Below, piece after piece: positions 10,101 through 35,479 of a stretch of DNA of 39,910 nt. The notes below the pieces were generated by a model. That model did not search any database. It was not told the origin of the DNA and saw only the letters and a list, made by a program, of their open reading frames with translations. The stretch's first letter is position 1. Every line of letters starts with the position of its first letter. Origin of the DNA: Hydrurus foetidus (Eukaryota); NCBI GenBank assembly GCA_900617105.1, contig UYFQ01000798.1, positions 1-39,910 on the forward strand, read 5' to 3'. Made by a program: the position numbers and the translations under genes.

Positions 10101-13100
10101 CTTACTCGCTTCCCCTTCCCTCCCTTTCCTCCCTTCCACTTCTCCCCTCACTCTCCCCTCCTCCCTTCTCCTTTCTCACTCTACCTTTCTTCCCTCACTC
10201 TTCTTCCCTTCCTCTTCCTTTCTTCCCTCACTCTTCGTCCCTCAATCTTTGTTGACTGCAGGTGCAGACGTGTGTGGACATGGGGGAGAACCGAGTGGCG
10301 TCATTTAGAACAGGTACATGAGGGAAATCACTGTGAGGAAGAAGAGTAAAGTCAAGTCATTCATTTAAATTGAAGTGGAGTAGAGTGCTGTGTTGGGTAT
10401 GACATAAATTGTAAGCAGATCATCAAATCAAATCCACGAAGTAGATTGCAAGCTTGAAAGAAAAGTATAGTGTAAATTGTGATTTACGAGCACAAAATAC
10501 TCCAGCTCCATGCCCTTTTTCTTGCTCCTTCTACTCTCTCATTCTGTTGCTCTCATTCAGATCCTTCTCATTATCTTCTCCTATACACTTTTTCCGCCCC
10601 CCAAAGGTCTGTGGGCCCGTCCACCCCCCATGAGTATGGGGGACCCCAACTGGCACGGCGAAGAGGCGAAGTACAGGTAACTATGCTTCTTCTTCTTTCT
10701 TATTTTCTCTCTCTCTTACTTTCTTCCCTTCTCTCCTTCTCTATTATTTGTATCAGTGCTTTTCTCTGCACCTAATCACTACACCATACCACACCACATT
10801 TCATCACACTGTACTAAACTCCATCGCACTAAATTCCACCACTTCCAATTCCACAATTTGACCCAGGGATCTGGACCCCGAATGCATTCCTGTGTCGGAA
10901 TCCCTCCAAGATACCATGGAAAGAACCATTCCGCTGCTTACACAGAAAATCCTGCCTGATATTAAAGCGGGCAAGACTGTTCTGGTAGTTGCACATGCTA
11001 ACTCGCTCAGAGGTGAGCAATCATTTAATATGAAGCAGGGTGGAGTGAAGTAGAGTGAAGTAAAGAGGGGTAGGGTAGGATGGAAAGAGGGTGGAGAAAT
11101 GAGGAAGAGGGTGAGGAATGAAAGAGGGGTGGAGGAAGGAAGGAAGGAAGAGGAAATAAAGAGGGGTAGGGTAGGATAGGGTGGAGTGAAGTAGAGTGAA
11201 ATAAAGAGGGGTAGGGTAGGATAGGGTAGGGTGCAATAAATTGTAAATTCACCCTGATATTCTTGGATCAACTCCTTCTGTCACTTCAAAGGTGGAACAT
11301 ATGTTCAGCGACATGACCTCTTTTTTACCGCGTAGATTCTAGTTAAGCTCACTGCCTGAGATATTTCATTCTAACCTTCTTCTTCTGCTATTCTACTCAA
11401 CACTTTTGGTTTCAATCCTGTTCTACTTTATTTTGTCGTATTCCATTGTTTTTTACCCTATCCTGTTCCATTCTATTACTCTCTATTTCTTTTGCAGGTG
11501 TGGTTAAGTACATCGACAATTTGTCAGAAGAGGAAATAAAGAAAGTAGGTATTCCCAACGGAATTCCTCTGGTCTTCAAATTCAAATTAGAAGGTACGTA
11601 CGTACATAAGTATGTATGTATGTATATTTGTAGTGGCGCTTATCGACATGTGTGCGACATGGCTGATGTAATAAGATGAAGGCATGACACGAGACGTGAT
11701 AAAAGATAGAAGTCTTCATAGAAGACATGAGAAGATACATAAAAAAGATGTTGGGGAAAATATGATGAATGATGTGATAGAGATTGTGATCAAAGGAACA
11801 GTGCAATTATATCACTGAACATGCAGAGGCATGACGTGACGTGACATGATGGGATATAGTGCCGCTGAACGTTACACGGTTTATGTGATGTGACTTATCA
11901 CGATACCTTCACAACGACATATCATAATTCAGATCAACATGCTACAAGTGTGCGTATATTGCGATATGAATGTGTGTCTCATGCCACAACAGGGCTTCAC
12001 TGCTCCCTCAATCGAACGAAATATTCAGAGATCAAAATATCAAAGTTAATTTTACACTGGACAAGGCAAGACAAGACAAGCTCCATCTAAATTCCACTAT
12101 CATGTGACATTTTCACTACTACTCCTTTTCTCTCCTTCCAAACACTCTATCCTTGATCTTTTTTAAGTCACCTGCATTATTTACCCCACGGGTTTAGGAG
12201 GCAAGCTGACCCCTCTTTTACAGGATCTGGCCGAAGCACCTTTAACCGGAGAATTCCTGGAAAAGAAAGTACGTCTTTCTTTCACAATCAGAATGCTGCC
12301 ACTGCTGTCATTGTCTTGATGCGTATTCTTGTTACAGTAGGGCTTTCCTGTTTGCCTGTCCCTGTTGTTCTTCTCCAGAGACTGTAAAGCATTGCCTCGC
12401 ACTGTATTTCACTTCACCTGCAACTTCACCTATTTTTCTACCCTTCTCTCCGCCTCCTCACTGCATTCTTATCTTTCTCTCTATCTATACGTTTCTCCAT
12501 CTAAGTATCTATTCATCTGTCTATCCATCCGTCTTTCTGTCCATCTGTCTATGTGTCCATCAGGGACGGTTGAAGAAACTGTTGGCAGTGGAAGCCGAAC
12601 TGGCCAAAGGAGTTCCCGGCTTCACCCCACTCTATCCGATCCCATCCCAACTGACTTCCACCAGCAACACGCCCCCTCCTACTCGCATTCCTCTCCCCAT
12701 CAATCTCCCTGTGCATGCTGAGGACGGGTCGCCTACCCCCCTTCCTGAGTACATCCCCTTCGTGTCTGTGCAATCTAACAGCGCAACTGGCAATAGTAAG
12801 AGAGTCGGTCTCCCTACCATAGGTGACACTCCTCTCCTCTCTCCCCACCTTGTATCACTCCGTATCACCTCATGTCATATCATATTACCCCTTGCATACA
12901 AAAAATAGAGTAGGATGGCATAATGTAAACATCTCCGTACCTTACCTCTCCTTACCTCATCTCACCGTACCATACCTCTCCTTACCTCATCTCACTGTAC
13001 CTTGCCTCTCCTTACCTCATCTCACCGTACCATACCTCTCCTTACCTCATCTCACCGTACCACAACTCTCCTTTTCTCATCTCACCGTACCATACCTCTA

Positions 13101-16100
13101 CTTTGAAGAGAAAAGAGTAGAATAGACTGACTTAAATTACACCCTCACCTCTCCGTACTTAGCCCTCTGCTCGCTAAGAAGTCGCAGAGAAGAGAGACCT
13201 TAGTAGAATTGGATTGAATTGAATAGGACAGAATAGAATGCGAAGTATGTTGACAGCAGTTAAGAATAAGATGAACGAAGATGAGATCAGACAGAGAGTG
13301 CACAGCGACACTGCTCTTTCTCAAGACGATCATCACTACTATAAGTGCATGTTCTTCGTTGTTCCCTGTCTTCCGACTAATCACACGGAATGTTCCACTG
13401 CACTGCACTGCACTGCACTGCACTACACTGCACTGCAGGGCACTTCTCATTTCTGCTAAACCTAATCAGTTTAATCTACCACCACCTTATACATTCCACT
13501 CCCCTTACTCCGTCCCCTTACACTTTCTGCACTTATCTAGGCAGCAGCTCTGCACTGCCTCGCATGAACAGTGGAGCGGACCCAGTAGTGGTGATTATTC
13601 GACACGGCAAAACAGAGTACAACAAACTCGGTCTCTTCACAGGTGAAAGAACTCTGATTTAATCAGCAATCGGACTATATTACGGGGAGGATGATTTACT
13701 GACTGATGTGTAGTGGGAGGGGGATGAGATGTGGCAGTCACTCCCAGTCATTTTATTTCACTCCATCGCATTTCTCCTGCAGTGAAGCAAGCTCCAAAGA
13801 TAGCAAAGCAAAATCCAATCCTTCACGTCCTATAGAGCTCCTCTATCTTGCTTTGTCTCACCCTGTAACTTGACTGTGACCTCACTTCTTCCATAATAAT
13901 ATTCAAGGGCGACATAAATAAATGTAAATCAAATGAATCTGTACAACACACTGAATGTTAATCTTGATATGATTGTTACCGTTGCTGTCGATAGGATGGC
14001 AAGATGTCTCTCTCGTATCTGAAGGTAGAGCAGAAGCCGCTGCTGCGGGTAGACTGCTCAAGAAGCATGGAATCACATTCGATGTGGTATACACTAGGTA
14101 CTCCTCAGCATCATGGTTCACTCACTCCACTCACTCTCTTCTCAATCCCATTGATACCCTCTGAAACCTCTCGCTCCTTCAGACTCCTATTTACTCTGTT
14201 CTTTTCTAACCTCTCTAACCCTTCTAATTCCTCCTTTATATCCTCCCTCTCTCCCTTCAGTTGGCTGTCCCGTGCGATAGAGACGGCTTGGTTGGTGCTG
14301 GACGAGCTGGACCTGCTCTGGCTGCCCATCATAAAGACATGGAGACTAAACGAGAGGTACTACAGCATGCTATTCATTGCCTTACAATATCAGTCTACAG
14401 TCTTTACACATAGAGGAATTAGAGGGGAAAGAACGTTTGTCTCTTTTCACCTGTTCAACATGGAACGTACAATAAGTAAATGTACAAATACAGAGTTGTT
14501 GTCAATTCATTCATTACCTAACATTACCTCACACGTACGTCATCCTCTATCCTCATACGTGCAGAATGTACGGTGCTCTCACCGGTCTGTCGAAACAAAT
14601 GGTAGCACAGCGGCATGGAGTAGAGACGCTGAAGAAGTGGAGAAGAGGGTACTCGGCCCGTCCGCCCCCCATCAGCTCATTCTCCGCATCTTATCCCGGT
14701 ATGATATTGTACAGTAATGTACTGTATTGTACTGTACTGCACTATGCTGCAATGCACTGTACTGTGCTGCAATGCACTGAAATGTACTGTACTGCACTAT
14801 GCTGTACTGTGATGTATTGTATTGTAATGTAGTGTTCTCTCACATCGATGTTAAGAGTCTACTTGTTATCACCAAGATTATACTGAACCGAGATCGATAT
14901 AGTATGGTATGACATGACACGTGTAGTCATGCCGTTTTGCACTATCCCTGCCATAGATTGCACTTTAGTACTTGTGAAGTAGTGTGACATTGACAATTGA
15001 CAGAGCACTGCAGCGCTGATCATGCCATGCGTAATTTACTCTTTTCTTTCTTTGTCTACTCTTTCACATCCTATTCTATTCAACTCTACTCTATCCAGCC
15101 TAAGCCGGTCACATAATTGAAGTCACATACCACTGCATATTACCGTCTACGATCCCGAATATCCCGCATCACTCGCCACTCATCTCACTTCACTACATCC
15201 CCGCCCCCTCCCTCCCTTCTCTTATTTTCTCTTCCACAGGCAATGACGACCGATACGTGTCGAACGTACTTGACGTACGTTACTCGGTGTTCGAATCTCT
15301 TATACGATCTCTGGGCAGCAGGAAGCTGGAGCTGCACAGAAAGTTCCCTAAAGCGGAGAGTTTGAAGGTACGTCATATCTCGTCACCCTCTTGCACTATC
15401 AACGCTCTGTACTATTATGTAACTCCCATATCGACAACACGTTCTACTTGACGTGATGCACTATGAATCTTACATACAAAACTAGGAAACATCATTATTA
15501 TTTTTGTCATCACTTTACAATCTACATAACTGCACGTCATATCACACACAAGAAAGTGGAATGCAAGCTCGATGATCATACTGAGTTTATGTAGTGCAGA
15601 TGCTCGTCCACTATGACCTGCCCCACCTTGTCATACCTCCCACCCCTTTCTTCTCCTCATTAAATTACGAACTCTTCGTTACAAGATCCTTTCAATACCC
15701 GATCTGATATTTTGAGCAGAATACTCCATCTTCTCAGCTCTCTCTTCTTTCACTCCTCATCCCCTTATCCTACACCACTCTACCCCACTGCACCCTACTC
15801 TACCCCCGTATACTCATGGACCGTCAAACTGTCTCAAATTTTTGTCTACTCTTATTCATCATTTCTTCTGACTCTAATAATATACCGAAGGACTGTATGG
15901 AGCGCACCATCCCGTACTTCACAGACCAAATAGTTCCGGATAGCATCGCACAGGGAAAGAATGTTCTCATCGCATCTAGTGAGAACGCTATAAGAGGACT
16001 CCTCATGCATCTGTGCGAGGTGTGTACGTGTGTGTCTGTTATTTGATGACGTGCGTATGTGTGCATGCGATGAGTCTATTAATGCGTTGACGTACGTATC

Positions 16101-17183
16101 GTACGTTCACGCATGCATGCGTCAACATGCCACTCCTACTATATGTGACATACGCCTGTATGAGTATCAGTGAAGTGTGAAGCTGTGTTCGCACAGTGGA
16201 GTAAGTCACTGGCAACCACATCCACTCCCCACTCTCTTCGTGTGACTGCAGTTCGCAGTCTACGAACCCGTTTCGACTGTCTGCATATCTCCCCCCGCTC
16301 TTTATCTAAATGATTGACTAGGTCTGTATGAACACCACACTCTCCTCCTTTATTCTCCTGCCCTCATGACTCCCTCTCCCCCTCCTTACTTTGTCCCCAT
16401 CCCTCTCATTCTCTCCGCTTTCTCCTCCTCTTCCTCTTTGCCCTCATAGATTCCTGTTGAGCGCATACACGAAGTGGAGATTCCCACTGGTCTCCCTCTA
16501 GTGTTCAACATCAGGAAGAAGTGCATTCAGCTGCTCGAAGACGGTGACGAGAACACGCTCGAGTCCCTCGACCCTCTTTCCAGGTATGTCACTGCCACCA
16601 CCATAGCTATAATAATTTCAAGTCTAACATGACTTTGCTACTTTATAACTATTTATTCATTGAGCGCCAAGTATTCCACTTTTGACCAAGACGGTCCCTC
16701 GTCAATCCCGTTCCGATTTTATTTCGTCTTCGCATTCTTGCACTCCACATTCAATGTATGCGACTCTTTTAACTTTTGACAGCATGTCACGCGTCTCTGC
16801 TCTTGCTGCGGGATTCAACCCAATTAATTCAATTTTATGTAATCCAATGCAATGCAACGTATATTACAATGTGCAGATATGATTTCGGCACGTCACCAGA
16901 GTTGCTGTTCAAGCCATGCAAACAATTCACAGATGATGACCCCACACAGGGGGACCTTGGATCAGATTCCGACGGTGATGATGGCCAGTGCTATCTTGGG
17001 GCGGAGGGGAGGTCATACGCATGGGATCCAGTGATACGTTTGGTACCACAGAGAGAAGCCTCTGTTGAGGAGAAGAAGGCGGAGAAGGAAGCACGGGTTG
17101 CGTCAAGGCGTGATGATGCCAAGAAGATGGAAAGTCCTGTTGTGGTAGATAAGAGAGGAATAGAGATAGAGGAGTTAGTCTAA
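7158..17183 (+). CDS. PGAM: Tandem double-domain cofactor-dependent phosphoglycerate mutase (dPGM/gpmA-like, histidine phosphatase family), ~792 aa, 19 exons, putative plastid presequence
   Basis: Phase-consistent exons: 7158-7312, 7420-7526, 7778-7878, 8210-8321, 9226-9302, 10262-10313, 10607-10676, 10867-11012, 11498-11593, 12198-12268, 12564-12822, 13541-13642, 13995-14097, 14261-14356, 14565-14698, 15240-15367, 15891-16019, 16450-16583, 16877-17183. Domain 1: [41 protein letters not shown]. Domain 2: [47 protein letters not shown]. Confidence 0.92.
8340..8765 (+). repeat. Compound (GATA)/(GATT)/(GACA)n microsatellite in PGAM intron 4
   Basis: Directly visible; it accounts for the spurious VCLS-type ORFs. 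Confidence 0.9.
12931..13099 (+). repeat. 30-bp minisatellite, ~5.6 copies, intronic
   Basis: Unit CTCACCGTACCATACCTCTCCTTACCTCAT. Confidence 0.92.
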
Positions 17184-17589
17184 AGCGCTCACATCAGTGC
17201 ACATCAGTGCAAACGAATAACTTATGGGTAGGAAAGAGATCTCGCTAGTCATACTTTATTCATAGCTCACTCAATCAGCGAAGTAGACGATACTTGACGA
17301 CACTCCCCGCTCCGTCCTACCCCGACACCTCACCACCACCTCCGACACAATTTCTTCATTCGGATACACTATCCCCTCCCATTTTTGCTTCGATCAACAT
17401 TTTGCTCCACGTGTATCCCCACTACCATGCACTCACACGCACACGCACTCTCTATCTCTCACACAAACACACGCGCAAACACTAACACACGCATGCGTAT
17501 GCACACACACACGCATCCATTCTCTCTCTCGCATACACTAAAACACACACATTCACAAGCTCATATGCACACACAGAGAAACACGCCCG

Positions 17590-17626
<37 letters not shown>
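17590..17626 (+). repeat. (CA)n microsatellite
   Basis: Directly visible downstream of the PGAM stop. Confidence 0.9.
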
Positions 17627-17627
<1 letters not shown>

Positions 17628-19117
17628 AGCCCTCTGTCACCAGATAGAGCAGCTCAACATATTTATAGCAGCATCCCACCTCTCAGTTCATGAGCACAGA
17701 CGGAGAGAAGAAGCCTCGCAATCACGCACCATACAGTACAGCCTCCACTAGTACGTCAAAATGTAACAAACCGCACAATAATTCAGTATATAATCCTGTG
17801 CACAGTACAGTATAGAATGGCACAGAGCAGCATAGCGTAGCGCAGCACGTAGAGATAGGCAGTGTGCCGCAGTGCAACGTAATTCAGCATGGCACAGAAT
17901 AAGATGACGTCACACAGTACAGTCGAGAACAGTGAATCATCTACCGGATAGTGCGATATAGTTCATGAAGTACGAGAGAGTACTCAAGGAGACAGTACCG
18001 TATAATTTATCATTACTGCCGAGTATTCGAAATCGTTTTCGCCATCACTCCACTACCCCACTCGCACTGTCCATTACTCCTCTCTATTAGCAGTCGCCTC
18101 CGAATCTCTTGCTAGACCTTTTCCCGCATCGGTAGATAGCATGCTTGATGCGAGATATGAATGTAGGGTGAGCATATGCTACTGGACAGCTATACTGCAT
18201 GCGTGTTCGACTTATTATTTATCATGGAGGTTCTATTGATACTCAGATTGCACGCTCGATTTGTGCCACCAATGTGACACCTCGTGCATTCTCAGTGTCA
18301 TCGCAATTATAGGACGTCTAAGAGAAGATTGAGAAGTAGACGAAGAAAGAGATGACTACCACAGTGCAGTGCCGTTATTCCTCCACTACAATTTTGATTT
18401 TTAAAAGTTATTAAGTAGTCATGTCTTCGTATTTTTTCTCGACTATAATTTCAGAGTTACTCATGTTTATGTCCACATGATCTGTGATGGTATTCTCGAA
18501 GTGAGCCACGACCGTAAGAAATAAGTACTGGCCCTAACAGGCAATGCAATCTGGGCTGCCATGTAGCTTGCTAGATAAACTCGCTCTCCCACCAGCTTTT
18601 CCTTGTTTTCGACAACAACCTTGGGGATGGCACATCCGGGCACTGCATCGAATAATAATCTGCTGTAAAATTGCTAGATTTAGATGCAAAACCTCGAAAC
18701 CAAACCGTGTAATGGCGCGAACTTTACACGGTTATTCTGACAGGAAAACATTCAGTTCGCTTCAGTTTAATTTCGTTTTACACATCACACTCACGCCTCA
18801 CTATGAGACATGCGCAGCATGCTGACTGAGGAAATTCTCGCCAAGAACAGTGATTTTCAGACCAATTGGAGCTAGGAAATATCGACGGTGCCAATCTCTG
18901 ACGAAAAACATGAGAATTTGGCTAAGGACGGATTGATTCGGTGAGGAAATATCTGATGATAGTGTTTCGTTTCTGATAGCGATACAGATTGAGTTAATCA
19001 TGCTCCAATTCAATATTGCTATTGTAAAAATTCAATATTTCCGTTTCTAATTGTCCATTTCAACTATTCGCAACATTCTCCTCCGACTCACGTTAAAAGT
19101 CTCCAGGGATTACTGAT

Positions 19118-19582
19118 ATGGTGACATCACGGATAGGAGTCATTCATGGAGGCCTCACACGAACGATTGGCATATACGAGAGTGCTGATCTATCAATAGC
19201 ATTCCCCAGTGCTTCAATAAGTAGATCACACTTCGCTTACGACTATGATATCTCAGGTTAATGTCTCGAGGATCTTTTTGTATTTGAATGAATTGAGTTG
19301 ATCAAAACACTGTCTTCATTCATTTCATCATCTCAACACAAAACATTTTAAAACGATCCCTACTTTACCATCTTTTCAAATGCAGCAACGAGAGACACTG
19401 TAATTTACGCCATCTTAATATCCGTATGTTTCGCCTTGGCTTGCTTTGTGGTATGCATCCAATGCATACCTGCTAACCAAGTAGTGTCGGAAGGTCATCG
19501 TTCGCCTGAATCAGAACCATTGATCCATCATGATGACGCTAATGGCGCTGGTGAAGATGTGGACTTTGCGAACTTATCTTGA
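19118..19582 (+). CDS. Hypothetical small single-pass membrane protein (~111 aa, 2 exons; 5' end uncertain)
   Basis: Exons 19118-19256 and 19386-19582 join in phase across a GT..TGCAG intron. Product: MVTSRIGVIHGG...YDYDISATRDTVIYAILISVCFALACFVVCIQCIPANQVVSEGHRSPESEPLIHHDDANGAGEDVDFANLS*. Not in the supplied ORF track. Confidence 0.5.
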
Positions 19583-19740
19583 TTTACCCTGCGATGTCAT
19601 GTATATCTTGGCACTGAGATATGCAGTTGAGGCCGACATTTGTCCGGTCTACTGGCAGAGTGCTAACTGAGGGAGCTGTTACCACACCCTCTGATCTACT
19701 GTGTAAGATAAATCCACGACATCTGATGGTGGATGACAGA

Positions 19741-19908
19741 AACCAATAGCTCTGAGGAGCAAAGTGTGTCATCTCGCTCTGTAACCAATAGCTCTGAGGA
19801 GCAAAGTGTGTCATCTCGCTCTTTAACCAATAGCTCTGAGGAGCAAAGTGTGTCATCTCGCTCTTTAACCAATAGCTCTGAGGAGCAAAGTGCATCATCT
19901 CGCTCTTT
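19741..19908 (+). repeat. 42-bp minisatellite, 4 copies
   Basis: Unit AACCAATAGCTCTGAGGAGCAAAGTGTGTCATCTCGCTCTKT, head-to-tail, no spacers. Confidence 0.95.
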
Positions 19909-20883
19909 ATATCGAGCATGAAGTATGGCTGTCAAATCAATTCTATTCAATTGGCCAATATCTATGAGTGAGAAATAGCACCATTCCCTTCCTTGAGTCC
20001 CGCAAAAAGCATGAATCAATATTTTATCTCCAGTTGTCGCGTTTTTGTGTTCTTTACTTTCACCTGTTCGTGATATCTCTTTCCATCTCTCGCTAGAGTA
20101 GGTACCGATAAACAGAATGTGTGTTCTTAATCATTCCAATGGCACAGCTTGTCCTAGAGCTCTATATGCGTTTGTTCTCCATAGATTAAATTGTATTCCC
20201 CTTATTTTCTCTTCTATTTCTCATACATAGTTTGGAAAATCGAATCGCTTACATTGCAAAAATTCAGTGTAAAATAATCTTAAATGCTTTAGAGTTTTAG
20301 CCGCAAGACTTCTCTTCAATAAGGGTCTATTTGCGCATGTAGAGAATCTATAGAAGATGTGGTGAACGATTATCGACCATTTTGAAAAAATTGAGTAAAC
20401 ACATTCGCCTACACTTACAATGTCATCTGCATAGGACATGTACTTCCTCAATGTTCTCCGTCAATCTACGATAGAGTAATAATACGCATCGATAGCGGCA
20501 TTTGCCCGCTTTTCGTCAACACTCATTCGGCGCAATTTAAAGGCTGCAGAATTCCTCCAAATCTTCATTGTGCTAGTTGTATTCTGCCAGTAATATTTTA
20601 AAAAAACTCTTAACATTCATGTCCGCTCCGAGAAGCGAAAAGCTGTGTGTTGCAGAACCGGAACCCGCGCGCGCGAAGATTTTGGATTTCATCCGAAGTT
20701 TCCGCATGGGACTTCTTGAAGAAGTCAACAGTGTCTTGTAATTCTGTGACAACTTATGCATTTCAAAAGCGTCCCACCAACGTCGTCAAGCATTTCACTA
20801 CCGTTGCGACAACTGCAAACGCTCACTCAAGCTTGAAACCTACTTCCCAGCAAAGGTCACAATCCGCGCGGATCAGTCTTGCC

Positions 20884-33442
<12,559 letters not shown>

Positions 33443-34927
33443 GTGAGTCAGTGAGTGAGTTACAGTCTGAGTGAGTCACTCATGTCATCTATGAATGGGA
33501 GAGTCGCGATATTCGTGTCTCAATAAGACAGGAGAGAGTAAGAAGAGTCTTACTGATTTATGATATTCATGTGCTTGATATCGGAATTCGCTACGAATAA
33601 TACTTGAATAGTTTTTGTAGTGTTCAATGCACCACGATACTGACCGCTTTTATTTTGGTACTCGGTATCCTAAAAATAATTTCCATCGATGTATTCGTTA
33701 TTCAACGCTCTGAAATGACTGCGGTCACAGCAGCGCTTGTTTTTACTATTGTGTCGTAAGCGCTGTGCTGTACACTTGATGTAATATAACAAAATATCAA
33801 ATAAAAGTTATGATGCCACTCCAATACTCCGATTCTTATATTATCGAGAGATTTTCTTTTTCTCTCATATACCGCCTACCCATTGCATAGCTGTCAAACA
33901 GGCCTGCTATCTATTGAGCAGCAGGTGTCAAGACACACGAAGTGACGAGGGTCGTAGGGAATGCAGTGGAAATTCTCTGTATTCCGTATTCCGCGTACTA
34001 CGTACAGCAAAATTGTGCGAAGTCATGATGAGAATGCACGTAACTAAATACAATGTGTGGAGTTAAGGAGCAACAGCAGCAGAGAGACATAAATTAATAA
34101 GCACCAAAATCTTACAAGCTATCCTCAGAAGAGTAGTGAGCATAATCAGAAAAGTGTTTACAGTAGCATACAGGAAGATTCGCTGTATCTGACCGTGTGA
34201 AATGACTTGAATCTTCCCACTCAGTCAAAGTTACGGTACCACTTGTGTTACATCTGAGAATGTAAAAGTCTAACGGATGGTGTATTGAGAAGTATGACAC
34301 GATCAAAAGCCCACTCGCACCTTTGTCTGGTGAGGTCAAGCAATGAGCAGTCCATTCCCTCAGTATCGTTTGAGATGAGATCTGCCCCACCCTGATCCAA
34401 ATAAGTCTTCGCGGTTGCACCCATTTACAAGCTAAGAAACCATTAAATTCTACGCCTGTATGATCTCTAGTCATGATGGACTGGATCTATCTAGTGCGAA
34501 GGGAGTAAGCTACCAGAAGGCGTCACGATCACTGTCACTGTCAGCAACTACAATTTCAACACAAATCTCTATTAAAGTGATTGAAATGAAGCGCTTCCTC
34601 CTTCCATGTCAGCCATTTTCGCTCATGAATCAAACAGTATCAGATAGCTGCAATTTTTCACAGAGTTTCTAACGTAAAATACTTGCGAAGTTGTCAAGTT
34701 GTGGTGCCAGTCATCAGCAACCAGAGGAGCTTGTCACCAATTCTTAACAGCACATCCTCAGTGTCAGTTGCAGCATGAATCTTTCAGTAGATGATTTCTC
34801 ATACTTAGTTGGCAGAAAACATTTAATGATGTCGTGGTAAAGAAAGTAATTAGATATGTTAAAATTTACAGGGTTATAGACATTGAGTTTTAGTGATGTT
34901 AATTATAGCTGATCGAGTCCAGTCCAC

Positions 34928-35479
34928 CTAGTTACCAAGCAAATCGTAGTCATCCAATTTATCGTTATATTTCATGATTGTTTTCTTGATCTTACTGCTG
35001 TCCACCCAAGTCACGTAATCCTCAAATGTTCTAGTAACGAGAAATGCCGGATCAGTTATGACGTTAGGACCCACTCTGACATGTCCTTGTTCAATGAACG
35101 TGGTAGCTTCTTTCAACGTCTCGGACATTTTCAATCTAACCATGACTACAGGTAATCGACGGCGACAAAATGCTGACACAGCGAGTTTCTCAATCGCCGA
35201 TAAGCTTGACGTGCTATTAACTACTCCCATGTTATGCAGTTTTTGAAGAACCTGAACCGATAATTGATGCCGCAGCTCATCGGTGGCTGGAAGTGCTTGA
35301 AGTTTAGCACACAATTTAGTCACATTCCCGACAATTTTGCTGTATTTGATGTAGTCTTCCCTATCCTGTAGTAAATATCTTTTAATAATAGTTGTTTCTC
35401 TGGTGTTGTTCTCGGATTTCCAACTGAAAAAATCGACCTTTTTCAAAAGCTTCTTCTCATGATGTTTCAGTTCGCGCAT
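34928..35479 (-). CDS. IMP3: U3 snoRNP protein IMP3 (S4-domain, SSU processome), 183 aa, intronless
   Basis: MRELKHHEKKLLKKVDF...DREDY.KY...AFCRRRLPVVMVRLKM...IEQGHVRVGP...DPAFLVTR.FEDYVTWVDSSKIK...DDYDLL. The conserved start is ATG 35479; the ORF track extends to a non-ATG start at 35566. Confidence 0.96.
   Translation of the reverse strand: MRELKHHEKKLLKKVDFFSWKSENNTRETTIIKRYLLQDREDYIKYSKIVGNVTKLCAKLQALPATDELRHQLSVQVLQKLHNMGVVNSTSSLSAIEKLAVSAFCRRRLPVVMVRLKMSETLKEATTFIEQGHVRVGPNVITDPAFLVTRTFEDYVTWVDSSKIKKTIMKYNDKLDDYDLLGN

Noticed and set aside
11208..11231. TAGGG repeats as telomeric sequence
   Set aside because: Short, imperfect and intronic; part of the general pentamer repeat class.
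19741..19908. 42-bp repeats as a CRISPR array or repeat protein
   Set aside because: Units are head-to-tail with no unique spacers, there are no cas genes, and the context is eukaryotic. The ORFs arise because the unit is a multiple of 3.
20221..20568. Minus-strand ORF fragments with a GTAAGT donor-like site divergent from lacZ
   Set aside because: An in-frame TGA splits them, there is no recognisable domain, and no consistent exon chain could be built.
34112..34800. Short ORFs between lacZ and IMP3
   Set aside because: No recognisable motifs or phase-consistent exon chain; snoRNA C/D boxes could not be supported either.
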